A stretch of 61,640 bases of DNA, the filler included, from Intoshia linei (lineage: Eukaryota > Animalia > Orthonectida): NCBI GenBank assembly GCA_001642005.1. It is 5 parts of 5 records of this genome, joined end to end, with 100 filler letters (N's around TTAATTAATTAA, not from the genome) between each part and the next. Parts side by side here need not be neighbours in the genome. Positions count along the whole stretch, not along the records: positions 40,021 to 46,608 come from LWCA01001652.1; positions 46,709 to 54,272 come from LWCA01001538.1; 3 more parts are not named here. One strand, given 5' to 3'. The notes below the pieces were generated by a model that ran no database searches, was not told the origin of the DNA, and was given only the letters and a program-made list of their open reading frames with translations. Positions within the stretch are counted from its first letter, which is position 1. The number at the start of each line of letters is the position of its first letter. The position numbers were made by a program, and so were the translations under genes. Positions 40,021 to 52,138 of this stretch are shown here, piece after piece.

Positions 40021-40103
40021 GAATTTATTTTTTTGGTATAATAAAAGAGTGCCCTCGGCAGAGCTATGTGCTGTTTGTACGTAGTACATAACTGCCAAGC
40101 TAG
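40021..40103 (+). mobile_element. Helitron 3' end at a contig start
   Basis: gtgccctcggcagagctatgtgctgtttgtacgtagtacataactgccaagCTAG|t. Confidence 0.75.
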
Positions 40104-40591
40104 TAGTTTATATATTTACTTAAAAGGCCATTAAATTATTCTGTGGGCCACTGGTTGCCGACCCCTGACATACACAGACGTTTATTTTTATATTAGTAAA
40201 GATATTTAATGTTTAAAGAGATTTAATGTCATTTTTTTACAAATCATTCCAACGGATTAAAGGCTATGCCATGATTTGCAAAATAGAATTACAACGAGTT
40301 TACCAACTATATAAAAATGCAAAATTCTGGTATACAACCCAGATAAATTGACTGTGATTCTCAACTTAATAAATTAAGCAGCATGTGTTATAATATAATT
40401 TTTTATAGTACCTTATTTAAGAATGAATAGTTGGGGATAGTGGGTAAACAAAGTATTATTCTTCAAAGTTTTTTTTATTATTAAATTAAGTTTATTAATA
40501 AATCATCTAAAATGTGGGCTCGCTAGAGGTAAGCGGTTTCCCTATCCTGCTTTAAATGATTATTAAATATTCTCATATTTTATGAAATTAC

Positions 40592-41963
40592 GTTTTCACA
40601 TTCCAATTGAATATCATGATCGTTTATCTTTATTGAAGTCATTTGCACAGAAAAATAATCACTGTTAATCAAGTTAACTTTGATACCTTTCGGTCTTAGA
40701 TTATCGACAATCTAATATATTGAAATTAAAACTATTTTGTAGTCATGTTGTATTAATCCTGAGTCAGGATGAAATGGAAAGTTTCTGTTAGTGTCAGAAA
40801 CGTGTCGTTAATTATTTACGACAATGTTAATGATTTTAGAACGTTTTTCTGAATTAAATAGATTTTTTTATTTTTAAAAAAATGGCAAATTGGATTTTTG
40901 CCTTTGAAAGACTTAATTTCTGAAAATCAAACTTTGATATAAATACCACTCGCGAAAAACTTTTTAAATTATCGCTTAATTAATACGGTAACACACAAAC
41001 CCATGGGAATTCTATTTTATTGAAGAAAATGAAAATGATGAAAATTAATGAAATTAAAATGATTATAAAATTTTGAATTGATATGTTGATTATACGTTGA
41101 CAGCTTAAGTAGTTTGCAATAATGAAAATAAATTTGATCAATTTCAGTATACGTAATATAAAAATATTACTCATAATATAAAACGTAATTAAAAAACTAA
41201 ATAAAGAGTCATTAAATAAATTTTAGAAAAATTACAAACTGATCATTATTTTTTTGACAAATGGTTATACCAAATTGAGTTTGTTTTTTAATGTTATGTA
41301 AAGAAGCAATAATAGATTCATCCATCTAAAATAATTTTAATATGATGTAGAGATACCAATTGTAACATTTTCAATATATTTCATGTTGAGGCCCATTATT
41401 CCATCCCACTGATATGTATATTCATAAAAATGATCTTGTTTATTGAAACATAAAAATTCAATTAAAATTTCGGTTGTATTAATGTAAATATAGTCTGTTG
41501 CCAAAAATCCACTGACAGTGCCATCTACATAATGTATCGATTTTTCCGTATCCAAAATTTTTAAAGTTTTTGATCTACATGTAGTTGTATATCGTTTGCA
41601 TTAATTTAATTTTTTACTGATCATAGTCGTAAAACATGAAGAAAATTGATTTTAAAAAATTTTACCCTGTTAAATCCAGTCCAGAAGGATTGTCATCATA
41701 ACAAGGCAATACAAGCATTTCAGAACCAGTGTCCACCAAAACTTTAATCTAAAATTTTTAGATACAAATTTGGATTAAATCTTCCAACATTTATTACAAA
41801 ATTAATTAATAAAAACCACCAATATTACCGGTATTTTCATGGATCCAAAGTAAATTTCCATTACCATATCTTTATTGATAGGTGACACAAGGGGTGTTGT
41901 ATTTGATTTTTTAATCTGGTTTATTAAATAAAGATACAGCAAAACCTTGAGATAAAATGTCAT
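40592..41963 (-). CDS. Pepsin-family (A1) aspartic protease, BACE/memapsin-like, N-terminal lobe only
   Basis: Hydrophobic N-terminus MTFYLKVLLYLYL, catalytic IKVLVDTGS and flap SIHYVDGTVSG. Also WDGIMGL, FGITIC and YFSVQMTSIKIND..LECE. The second D[ST]G motif is not seen before the contig edge. Confidence 0.72.
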
Positions 41964-42234
41964 TAAATTTTTTTTATGATTGTAAAGTATTAAATATTAA
42001 CTGTATCAATATATTTATGTCGTTATTGATTAGTTTTATTGTTCTTATTTATTAATAATACGTTATTTTAACTAAACTCATAGAACATGTGTTACAAATA
42101 CATAATTACATTATATCTGTTATTTATTCATCTTAATATAATATATTGTAAAATTTTAATATATTTTTCTAGAATAAAGAACTATACCTTTTAACTTTTA
42201 AATCCTTTACTGATATAAAAATGAATGTGTGTAT

Positions 42235-42560
42235 TAGGGTGATCATTTTTGAGTTTTTTTTTAAATTTCAAAAACTATTTTTGCAAACCATCCTCATTTT
42301 GCATAAGTAGGAGCATACCATAAAAATTTTTTCAAAATAATAAAAATTTCCCTTGCCCTGAAAAGGGTAATATTTATTTTTTTATTTAATCTGATTTTTT
42401 AGTTTTCGGGTGTTTTTTTCTATGCTCTTCGACAACCTGTATCAAGGTTTGTTTAGAATCTTCATTTATGGGTCTAACATTTTGATATTGATCAATCAAT
42501 GCCACTGCACGTTCTGAGATATTATTGACTTCAATTGATATCAGCAACCTCAATTATGCT
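42235..42560 (-). mobile_element. DNA transposon remnant (hATm-like), transposase C-terminus and TAGGGTG end
   Basis: Minus strand reads EVNNISERAVALIDQY..EDSKQTLIQVVEEHRKKHP, next to a TAGGGTG terminus. Confidence 0.55.
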
Positions 42561-43951
42561 AAAAATTGTCCAAATTTAATATAGACTATAACCCTTTCAT
42601 CACCACGTTGGATATTTGGCATAGACATATTGTACATAAAGTTTAATAAACTTTAATATTATTTTGAATTATTTAACAAAGATATATCATTTATATACAA
42701 TGAGGCACAGCCACATTTACCTTCACTTAATACAGCCGGTTCGCTTTTTTCAAAATTAGGATCCAATCCAGACAAATGCTTGTTTGCCAATAATGAAGCA
42801 GCTAAATAGAAAATATTAAAGATATCCAAAATTATATATAACAGCCGTGCTATGAGTAAGGATAGTTTATTTATTATTAAGGATATATTTTTAATTGAAA
42901 TTTATTTTGGAAAAAAAGTTAAGAAAAAAATCATATACCATGATGACAAAAGGTGTGTTTTCGTGTTAAAAATACACTCTTGAGGTATTTTTTAATCTAT
43001 CGGTAATAAATATTAAAAACTCTATAAAAATAAACAAAAGTTGAATATTTTTTTTATATATAATTTAAATTTGACTGACCTCCATGAATATAGTTTTGGA
43101 CCCAAAGGGGTCCAGGCACCCCGATTGGAAACCACAGGTATAGATATGACCAAAAATTTATATTAATAACTATAAAAAACCGTTTCGAACATTTCAAAGG
43201 CGTTGTCAGTGATTAAATTTTAATTATTTTTTTTGGCTGTACAGTAGTAGTAATAGTGTTATTAAAAATAAACTATTCCAGTAATACTTACAAATTAACA
43301 AACATAATAAATTAAATTAACAGTCCTATAATTAAAAAACCCAATTTCTAACACAGTTTTTCAAGGGTGATGTCTTAATGCAAGTTTCATATTGATAAAT
43401 TGGGTCCTTAAAGGTCAAAAACCAAATTTTCCTTTTTTTAAATAAAATAAATCCTGGAATTTTAAAAAATATTCTAAAATGTGTTTTAAAATCATTAACA
43501 TTGTAGTAAATCTCAGCCTCAAAAACTTGTATCTTCATGGACAAAACATCAAATTAGCCTTTTTATAAAAATAACAAGTAATTCTCAAACTTTTTTCACC
43601 GTGGAACACCTTAAACTTTAAGGCTTAAATGTTCTGAAAAAATTTATAAATACCTTCAGCTTTTGAAAATTTTGTAACATGATATATTTTATCCAATTTT
43701 TAATCCTACATACAAATTTATTAAAATTAAATTAATCCAATAAAAACGAACATAATCAAAGTAAACATGAGCACCGAAATATGAAAATAGTATAATATTT
43801 AATATATAAATGGGAAGAATGTGATTAATGATTTTTTGAGACTTCGCGTTACACCAATTTTCTTTTCACCACATACAAGTATGCCGCGGAACACTGTTTG
43901 GAAATCACTGTGTAGACCAGTGGCCACCAAACGTTTTGACTAATAACATAA

Positions 43952-45210
43952 TCCTAACTTATATAAAAGACTACGCAATTTTTGTTAGTGTGTGTGTCTG
44001 TCTGTGTGTGTATTCAACTTTATTGAAATAAATACCCGTCTTAGAATTTTTTAAAGATAACATTTCAATTACAGTTTTTTCCGAGACGTATATTAAGATA
44101 AATTTCAACCTCTAAATTTCACATCTTACGAGTCCAAAGCCCCAGTTGTCTCTCTTTTTGAAAATCAAACGCGTTGGAGAATTTAAAAAAATATATACGC
44201 TGATGCGGATTTTAAAATCATAAACATTATCATAATTTTAAATGCTGATGCGGATTTTAAAATCATAAACATTATCATAAATTTAAATTTAAAAAAATAC
44301 ACTGATGCGGATTTTAAAATCATAAACATTATCATAAATTTAAATTTAAAAAAATTATATTTTCAAAGCCAAAACCACAAATTACCCTTCTTTTTTTAAT
44401 GAAAACAGTTAGAATTTAAAAAAATTTTACAGTTTGTACAGTTGTATCCTGTTAACACACAAAAAAATTTCAATCCGAATAAGTAACGACTTCACGGTCA
44501 AAAAAACATTTTAGTATTCATATATTTTTTTTCTGAAATATTTTATTACAACAAAAAATGTGAAATAATTAACGGTCCGAAAATTAAAAAATATTATATT
44601 CTGATAAAGCTTATTCCAGTTAATATAAATACAAAATTTTAACCCCCAGAAATCTACGCATACCTGGTGAAAAATAATTTTTAATATATTATCAACCAAT
44701 ATTTTTCGAATATTTCGATTAAAATCAAAAATTGAAATGTAAATATTATCCTACAATTTCAAAACAAAAATGTGAATTGTACGTCTACACATTTCCAATA
44801 AAGACATATGGGTGAAAATTTATATAATTCATTCCTTCGAAATTTTTTTCATTGCTACGAAATTTTTAAATTTCAAATTTTCATTTTCAAAATATTTTTA
44901 TTAAAACATTCAAATTTAAATGAGAAACTAAAAAACTTTGTTTTTATCAAAAGAAATATTAAAAGAATTATTTTTAAAATTCTTTACGCAAATGTTAAAA
45001 CAAAAAACTAAGATGGAATAATTCACTTTAAAGTAAAAAGTAATGTAATATGATGGTTCCATCTGAAACAAATTTGAGAACCACTCCTTTAAAGTATTGA
45101 TAATAGTGAATAGTAGGAATTTTAAGTTAGATTTTCAACATTAATTTATTTTTTTGATATAATAAAAATGTGCACTCGGCAAAGCTAGGTGCTGTTTGTA
45201 CATAGTACAT
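43952..45210 (+). mobile_element. Non-autonomous Helitron-like copy with an internal triplication
   Basis: A|TCCTAACTTATATAA start and (GTGT/GTCT)n tract, colinear with the 34364 copy. The terminal CTAG after the hairpin is missing. Confidence 0.8.
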
Positions 45211-45939
45211 ATATGCTGTAGAAATGACAAGTCGAAGATATATTTAAAATCTAAGTCGATGATATATGATAATTTGTATTAATTATAAAATTGTATTATA
45301 AAATTATAAAAATTATAAAAAACAATAAAAAAAAGGAATTTGTATAACAAAGGTCTTAAAATTAAAAACTTCTTTAAATTAAATCCTGGTAGAGCTGGAT
45401 GCTGTTTGTGTTAAGTACATTACATTCAAGCTAGGTAAAGTACAATATTGTAACTATTTTAATATTGTATATACAGTAGGGCTGTTCAAAAAAAAAAATC
45501 CATGGTCACACCATATACTTCAAAGTGTGTAATAACGTATGTGCCTATTAAAAATGGTCAATTTTTTAAAAATGTGTGCCCTAAATCAACTTATATCTTC
45601 AAAAGTATATATAAAATGTGAGGTTTATTTTTAAATATTTCAACAGTAACTAGCGTAACAATTCCATTTACATTCATTTATTTAGGCTGCATAATTATGG
45701 AGCATCAAATAAATAGTATTAAACATTAAAAATAGAGTATTGCCGGAGAATTTATAACAATAACCATAAAAATAATGATTTTAACAGTAACTAATGAATT
45801 TTTGCATTTTTTAATAGTTTACTAGGAATTTAAATAAAGTTACAGGAACTCAATAGAGCTTACAGTAAATAAAGATGTATTTACTTAAATTATTTTATTA
45901 ATTATTTATCAGTCAAAATATGCATGATTTTGTTTATTC

Positions 45940-46608
45940 CGACTCAAAAACAAATGAAATGAATAATGCAGAGCCACCTATCGCCAAAAAAATAGAGGTG
46001 TTAATATTAAATGGATATATAACAATACTACAAATATAGAGGATTTAAAGAATCTTGAAAAAAAATGGTCAAAGGATACAGTTAGTGATAATCTCTCTGG
46101 TAGAAAGATATATTACATATGTAAATTTAAGAATTGTAATGCCAAAATGTATTTCCACTTTTTGGCTCATAATAAAGATATCGATATATTTTTATTTGGA
46201 AATCATATTCACACAAAAACACATAAAATTCAGCTTTCGAAAGACATTGTTGTTTTCGATAAAATGGTTGAATTGTTTTTTATAAAATGGAACGATAAAA
46301 CTTTTAAAATTAACGTATTTTTTGATTATTTCAAGAGCCAATGGATTGTGAAAAAGTTTTCATGGTTTGAAGGCTTCGATGTCTCTGTTCCTTCTACTAC
46401 CAACAATGTATTAGAATCGACTAATTTACAGATTAAAAATTTTGGCACATTCAGAGAACGATTACTAATTGGTCGATTTTTAAAGAAAACGTTGATGGAT
46501 ATACTTGCCAGGTATTCGTATGAAAGATGCCCTACAAATATAAACAAAAAAGACATTTCTTTGACACCAACTATACGTAGAGATACCTGGATTAAAGCAA
46601 TAGAATTC
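45940..46608 (+). mobile_element. Mutator-like (MULE) transposase fragment, truncated by the contig end
   Basis: FFDYFKSQWI..WFEG..PSTTNNVLESTN..IK..T.RERL..GRF, typical of animal MULE transposases. The central DDE region appears deleted. Confidence 0.7.
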
Positions 46609-46708
46609 NNNNNNNNNNNNNNNNNNNNNNNNNNNNNNNNNNNNNNNNNNNNTTAATTAATTAANNNNNNNNNNNNNNNNNNNNNNNNNNNNNNNNNNNN
46701 NNNNNNNN
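46609..46708. other. Artificial contig spacer
   Basis: N44-TTAATTAATTAA-N44. Confidence 0.97.
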
Positions 46709-47069
46709 GTTATACAATAGTTTCCAAATTTGTATTTTTTTGCAAAAATAAAAAAATGATCAGCACAAAAAAAAAAGAAATGAATTAATTGTTCATTAAT
46801 CATTATGTAAATATTCCTAAATCAATTCGGTTCAGTCCACTTAATAAAGTATTTCATATTCATTAACCAAATTTTCAATATCAAAATTATGGTCATAGTG
46901 GCAATTCATATTCACATAGTCGATTACTAGTCATTGTTGATCTTGAAAACGTTTTCAATCTTCTCAAAATTTTGGAAAAAAAATTTAAAGATGCAACTGC
47001 ACCTTCTGCACCCCTTGAATCCGCCCCTGGGTACATTTATACATTATTTTATTCAATATTCAATTTTAC

Positions 47070-48567
47070 CTGATTTCTATGCAATAATTTGTTGAATATT
47101 GCTCAACTAGGCAAGTTGAGACATCTTTATTGCTATACAAAACAATATCTTTCCAATTACTAGGGTTGAATCGAATTTGATAATTAATGTTTTCACTCGA
47201 TATGTCAACCGCACATAATGTTTCGTTTGTAAAATAATTACTAATATTTCATTTAAATAGATTTTTGATAAAATATATTATAAATCCGATAAAATTATCA
47301 AATTAAATGTATGTGTCTGTGTTATCGTTTAATTACAAAATTTAAAGTCTTAGAGTTTAAAAAAACCTAATTTCTCATACAGGTTTTAGATAGTCAAGTT
47401 TTATCGTTAATTTCACTTTCAGAAATTTAGTCCTTCAGGGTCAACAACAGAAATTACCCTTTTTTTTTTTTTAAATAGAATGAGTCCAATAATTTAAATA
47501 AACATAAATTCTGGGACGCTTTTTAAAATCATTAAAAATGTAAACATCAACCTCAAAAACTTACATCTTATTGATCAAAACATCAAATTAACCTTTTTTA
47601 AAAATAAATGTCTGTGTGCGTGTGTTACCGTTTAATCAAAAAATTAAAAGTCCTATAATTTAAAAAACAGTATTTTTAATAAATTTTTCCAGGATGAGGT
47701 TTTATCGCAAATGTCATTTTCAAACATTCAGTCCTTCAGAGTGAAACTTCAAATTACTTTTTTTTAAAAATGAAAAAAGTGTCAGAATTTTGAAAAAAAT
47801 AACAACTGATACAATTATTTCTAGTTAACATACACAAAATTTTTAATTACACAAAGTGACTTCATATCCAAAAAAACACAATTTTCTAATTTAAAATTCA
47901 TTTTATTAAAAAAAATATGCAATAACTAAGTAAATAATATAATAAAAAAAGTCGATCTAAGGCAGAGCTAGCTGCCGATTGTACGAACGATATAACAGTC
48001 AAACAATTAATTAATAAATTAAAATTACAGTAACATGAATTTATAATCGGATAACCCAGAAATAACACCAATAATGCTGCCAAAATTTGCAAATTGCATA
48101 ACAAGAAATTCAAATTTGACAACATCTAAAATATTAACTAAATGAAAAATTTTGTAATTTTTATTACCTTCAAATTCACTAATCATATTAAAACTTGGAT
48201 ATTCGTATATATACAGATTACAATTATCAACATTATTGACAACAGCAAAAACATCTGCAGATGGATGAGCGCACATGAGTTTGACTGCCTTTGTCCGACC
48301 GCATTTAAAATTATTAATACCGGTTGAAAAGGTATTCGTATGGCCGTATACCCGATGGAAAATGATTTGACCCGCTGATATGTAAGATACTATATTTGAA
48401 TTTATTAAATGTATGTTTGTATCATTTGTTTCTCCAATCCCGAATGAACTAGGAATAATATAATTACAATCAGTTCAATTAATTTTAATTTTAATCTAAA
48501 GAATTTATAATCCACATAACTGAATATAGATTTTTGTGTATAAAAAATAAATTAATTACCTCTCCAT
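47070..48567 (-). CDS. CFAP43: Cilia- and flagella-associated WD-repeat protein 43, 5' exons
   Basis: Exons: ME / SFGIG..NIHLINSNIVSY..LYIYEYPSF / ..ISGLSDYKFML / ..QIRFNPSNWKDIVL..VEQ. The last resembles CFAP43 FNPMNWRQL. The paralog CFAP44 is less likely but not excluded. Confidence 0.7.
47300..48005 (+). repeat. Degenerate Helitron-family copy with tandem internal units, in a CFAP43 intron
   Basis: tgtgtctgtg starts, repeated aaattacc(c)tttt units and a degenerate ggcagagctag...gtac...ataacagtc end. Confidence 0.55.
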
Positions 48568-48893
48568 TTCAGTGTATATTTGTTAATGTTTGTTGCTTTG
48601 ATAATATAAACAAAATTACATTTTTTTTTAAATAAATGCCATGCAATTTCAAATACATGCATTTAATATTACGATGAAAAATTTAACTAAAAAAATATAT
48701 TGTAAATTTTAAGTTACTCGAAATTAATAACAGGAAAAAGGAAATTTAAAATTAATTTCCCCAGATACAATATAAACACAACAAAAGTAATCTGAATTAG
48801 TAATAAAACGAAAATGATTAAATGAGAAAAAATGTACACTATTCTCAATTTTGGTAAATCAAAATATATATTGTAACATTTACCACTGTTGAA

Positions 48894-51800
48894 ATGTCAA
48901 ATTTTAACTGCCCACCAAATGACAACATTCACCATGTTGAAAGGGAAATTACGTTGGAAAAACGATTACTATCATTAGAAGACCATAAAACTAAAACAGA
49001 AAACATCATAAATGAACTAACAATGCGAATGTACAAATTAAAGGAAGATTTAAATGAAAGTCTCAACATTATACATATTAAAAGCAACGAGGAACTTGTA
49101 AGTAGAGATAAAATTTCAAAGCATTTAGAAAATATTACAAACACATTCAATGATCAAAATAAGGTATTTTAATTTGTTTAAATTAGTGGTATATTGAGGA
49201 GAATATTTTTAGTTTTTGTATTAAACCGTATCCAAATTAAATTTAACTCAACTTTTAGTGGAAAGTTTTTATTTTTTGGTCAAACGTGAAAATTGGACTA
49301 TCTCAGTAGGATAAAATCTAATTAATATAGTATCACATGACTGATTTTCGGTTAATAATTTATACAGATTTTTAAACCTCTAGAATCTAGATTTACTTTA
49401 TTTGGTTAGTATATTACGTATTGGTAGTTCGGTATTGTTGGGTTTTTTATTAAATTCGTCAAAATAATAAAATTATACAATGCTCATGATTGGTATACTC
49501 TACTTTAATACACTAATGTAATACGACACTCTATTGAGTGTGACTAGTTGAATTCCACATTTTATTACATTGAAATTTTTCTGGAAAACAACAATGTGTT
49601 AATTTATAAATAGCACATTACAGTGCGAGATATAAGGCTGTGATAGATATATGACATGAACACTATGAACATTAAAATTAATAAAATTTGTTGAAAAAAA
49701 TAAGTCTCCACAAAAATGTATAAGGCCAGGGCCGTTAACAACTCAATATTTTAACATAATAACTACACAACCTTAAACGTGAGTGTTAGCGCCCACGTTG
49801 AGAACCACTGCAATAATGTATAAGGAAACTATAATATCAATTATAGGTGTTTATTAATTCGAAAGTTGTATATTAGCTATCATTTAGTTTCAATTTGAGA
49901 GGTCTTAATTTTTTTATTTTAAAATAATGAATAATTATTCATTATAATTTGTGGTTTTGACCGAAAAGATTCAAATTTCAGATAATAAAATGTATGAAAC
50001 TGCATGAACCATAAAAATTTATTAGAATTTGTGTTTTTTAAAATTTAGCGGTCGCATTTTTTTATTTTCAAAAAAATGGATAATTTTGGTTTTTGAACAT
50101 ATATATGCAAATTTTCAAGATAAAAATTGATTTTATTTTTTTTGTTATAGTTTTTGCACCAGAAAAAAAATGAATAGGAATTGTTTTTTTAAATTGTAGG
50201 GTCTTATTTTTTTTATTTTTAAACTAATGGGTAATTTGGGTTCTGATCATAAAAATGCAAATTTCATATAATAAAATTTACGACACTGTATTAGATGTGA
50301 AAAAATGTATTAGAATTTATGTTTTTTTAAAATTCATGGTCAGGTTTTTTTTATTTCGAAAAAAATAAGAATTTGGGATTTTGCAGTAGAAAAAATGACT
50401 AGGAACTGTTTTTTTAAATTTCTGTTTCTCTTTTTTTATTTTTATAAAATAATGGGTAATTTGTGGTTTTGACCGAAAAGATTCAAATTTCAGATAATAA
50501 AATTTATTGAACCGTATGAATCGTGAAAAAATGTATTGGAATTTGTTATTTTTAAATTAGGGGACGATGCTGATTCTTAAATCACGGCCAATATCAGTTA
50601 AACTATTACACAAAAAATTAGATCGAACTGTCTAATGGGCAATTCCCATACCCAAAAATGTGAATCTTACTTGGCTGCGTGTCGAACACGGTTTTAACCG
50701 TAGATATATTATTTTAGTGATATTATGAATCTTATTCATCACATTTAGACCTTTGATCAAAAAATAAACGAAAATAACAACACGGTACACGGCATTGTAA
50801 ACGAAACGCATGAACTTGAAAATGAGTACAACAAAAATATTGCAGATATAAGACATCGTATCGTCCGATGTGATACCTCCATCGCTTCCGTAAACAGTGA
50901 TCTCCGAGGCAATTCCGATTCTTTGAAACAACAAATCAATCTAATTAGTCATGGAAATAAAGAATTGATGGATAAAATCAATCAATTGGAATCCAAAGTA
51001 AGTTATTCAAACATGATAAATAAAAAATATATTTTTTTTCAATCCTTATGACGTTACGTGACAAAATTGTTTACATTATTTTTTATTAAAATCAACCTAT
51101 TATATGTTTAACCCAACCCCAAAATATTTAACTCTACCACTAAAAACTTGAGCGGTGTGGAGTATACATTTTTTAATTTAATATTTATAAGTTAAATTTT
51201 TTTAGTGGTCAAAATATAATATCATATTTAGATGAATGAATTGGTTTTAGAAAATGAAAGATTAAAAAGTAAAACTGATATAGATCACCACAATTCCTAT
51301 AACAAAGGAATAGAAAATTTAAGAAATTTGGAAGTTAGATTAGCTCAAGCCACAGAAGAAAACAAAAATAATATTCATATGTGCTTAAATCAAAAAGATA
51401 TGAATATTGATAAATTAGCCACACAATTCATGACTGACATTAGCAATATTCATAACGATTTCGAACATGTCAAAGTAATTTTTTGTCTTAAACTATATAA
51501 TATATAATTTAAAATTAGAGTAAATATGAAGAAAAATTTGCCAATCTTGTCAATTCCGCTAATATCAGATTTTCGTAATGAGATTGTTAAAATTATTATA
51601 ATACAACTTAGAAAAATAGAAGATAATATAAACCATTTTAATTCAAAAAACGTGGACATTGAACAAGTAACAATTTAATTATAAATATTTACATAATACA
51701 TTCACTAATTATTATAATGAAATGATTATAAATTAAATCTTATCAAGAAAAATTATTAACTCAGTTTAACTTTTTAGAACCTTGAAAGAAGAATTTGGTC

Positions 51801-52048
51801 ATATATAGATCAAAATATAAAAAAGAATCAAGACGAAATAAACGCAATTAAAAAAGAAAGTAGAGACGGATTTCGATCAGTACATGAATCAATCAATAGC
51901 CTACGAGATTTGATTGAAAGCAGGGTAATTTAAATTTATAAAAAATTTTATAACGATTAACTATATATTATTTATCAAGGTTCAAATAATTGAAGAACAG
52001 TTTAAAAAAGAAATTGGTCATATTAGAAAACTCATTGTCCTTGTCTAA
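48894..52048 (+). CDS. FAM81-family coiled-coil protein
   Basis: Six exons; contains DIRHRIVRCDTSIAS (FAM81 DLRGRVARCDASI-like) and ends KEIGHIRKLIVLV*. Confidence 0.75.
49880..50560 (-). repeat. Tandem array of the Helitron internal unit in FAM81 intron 1
   Basis: About 5 degenerate units of gggtaatttgtggttttgacc..., the reverse complement of ccaaaaccacaaattaccc in the Helitron. Confidence 0.6.
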
Positions 52049-52138
52049 TCTATTAAATCATTAGAATCCACCAATCAAATTTTCAAATGATTCAACACAA
52101 TCTTGATTGGGTGTATATATAAATGTTTAATTTATACA

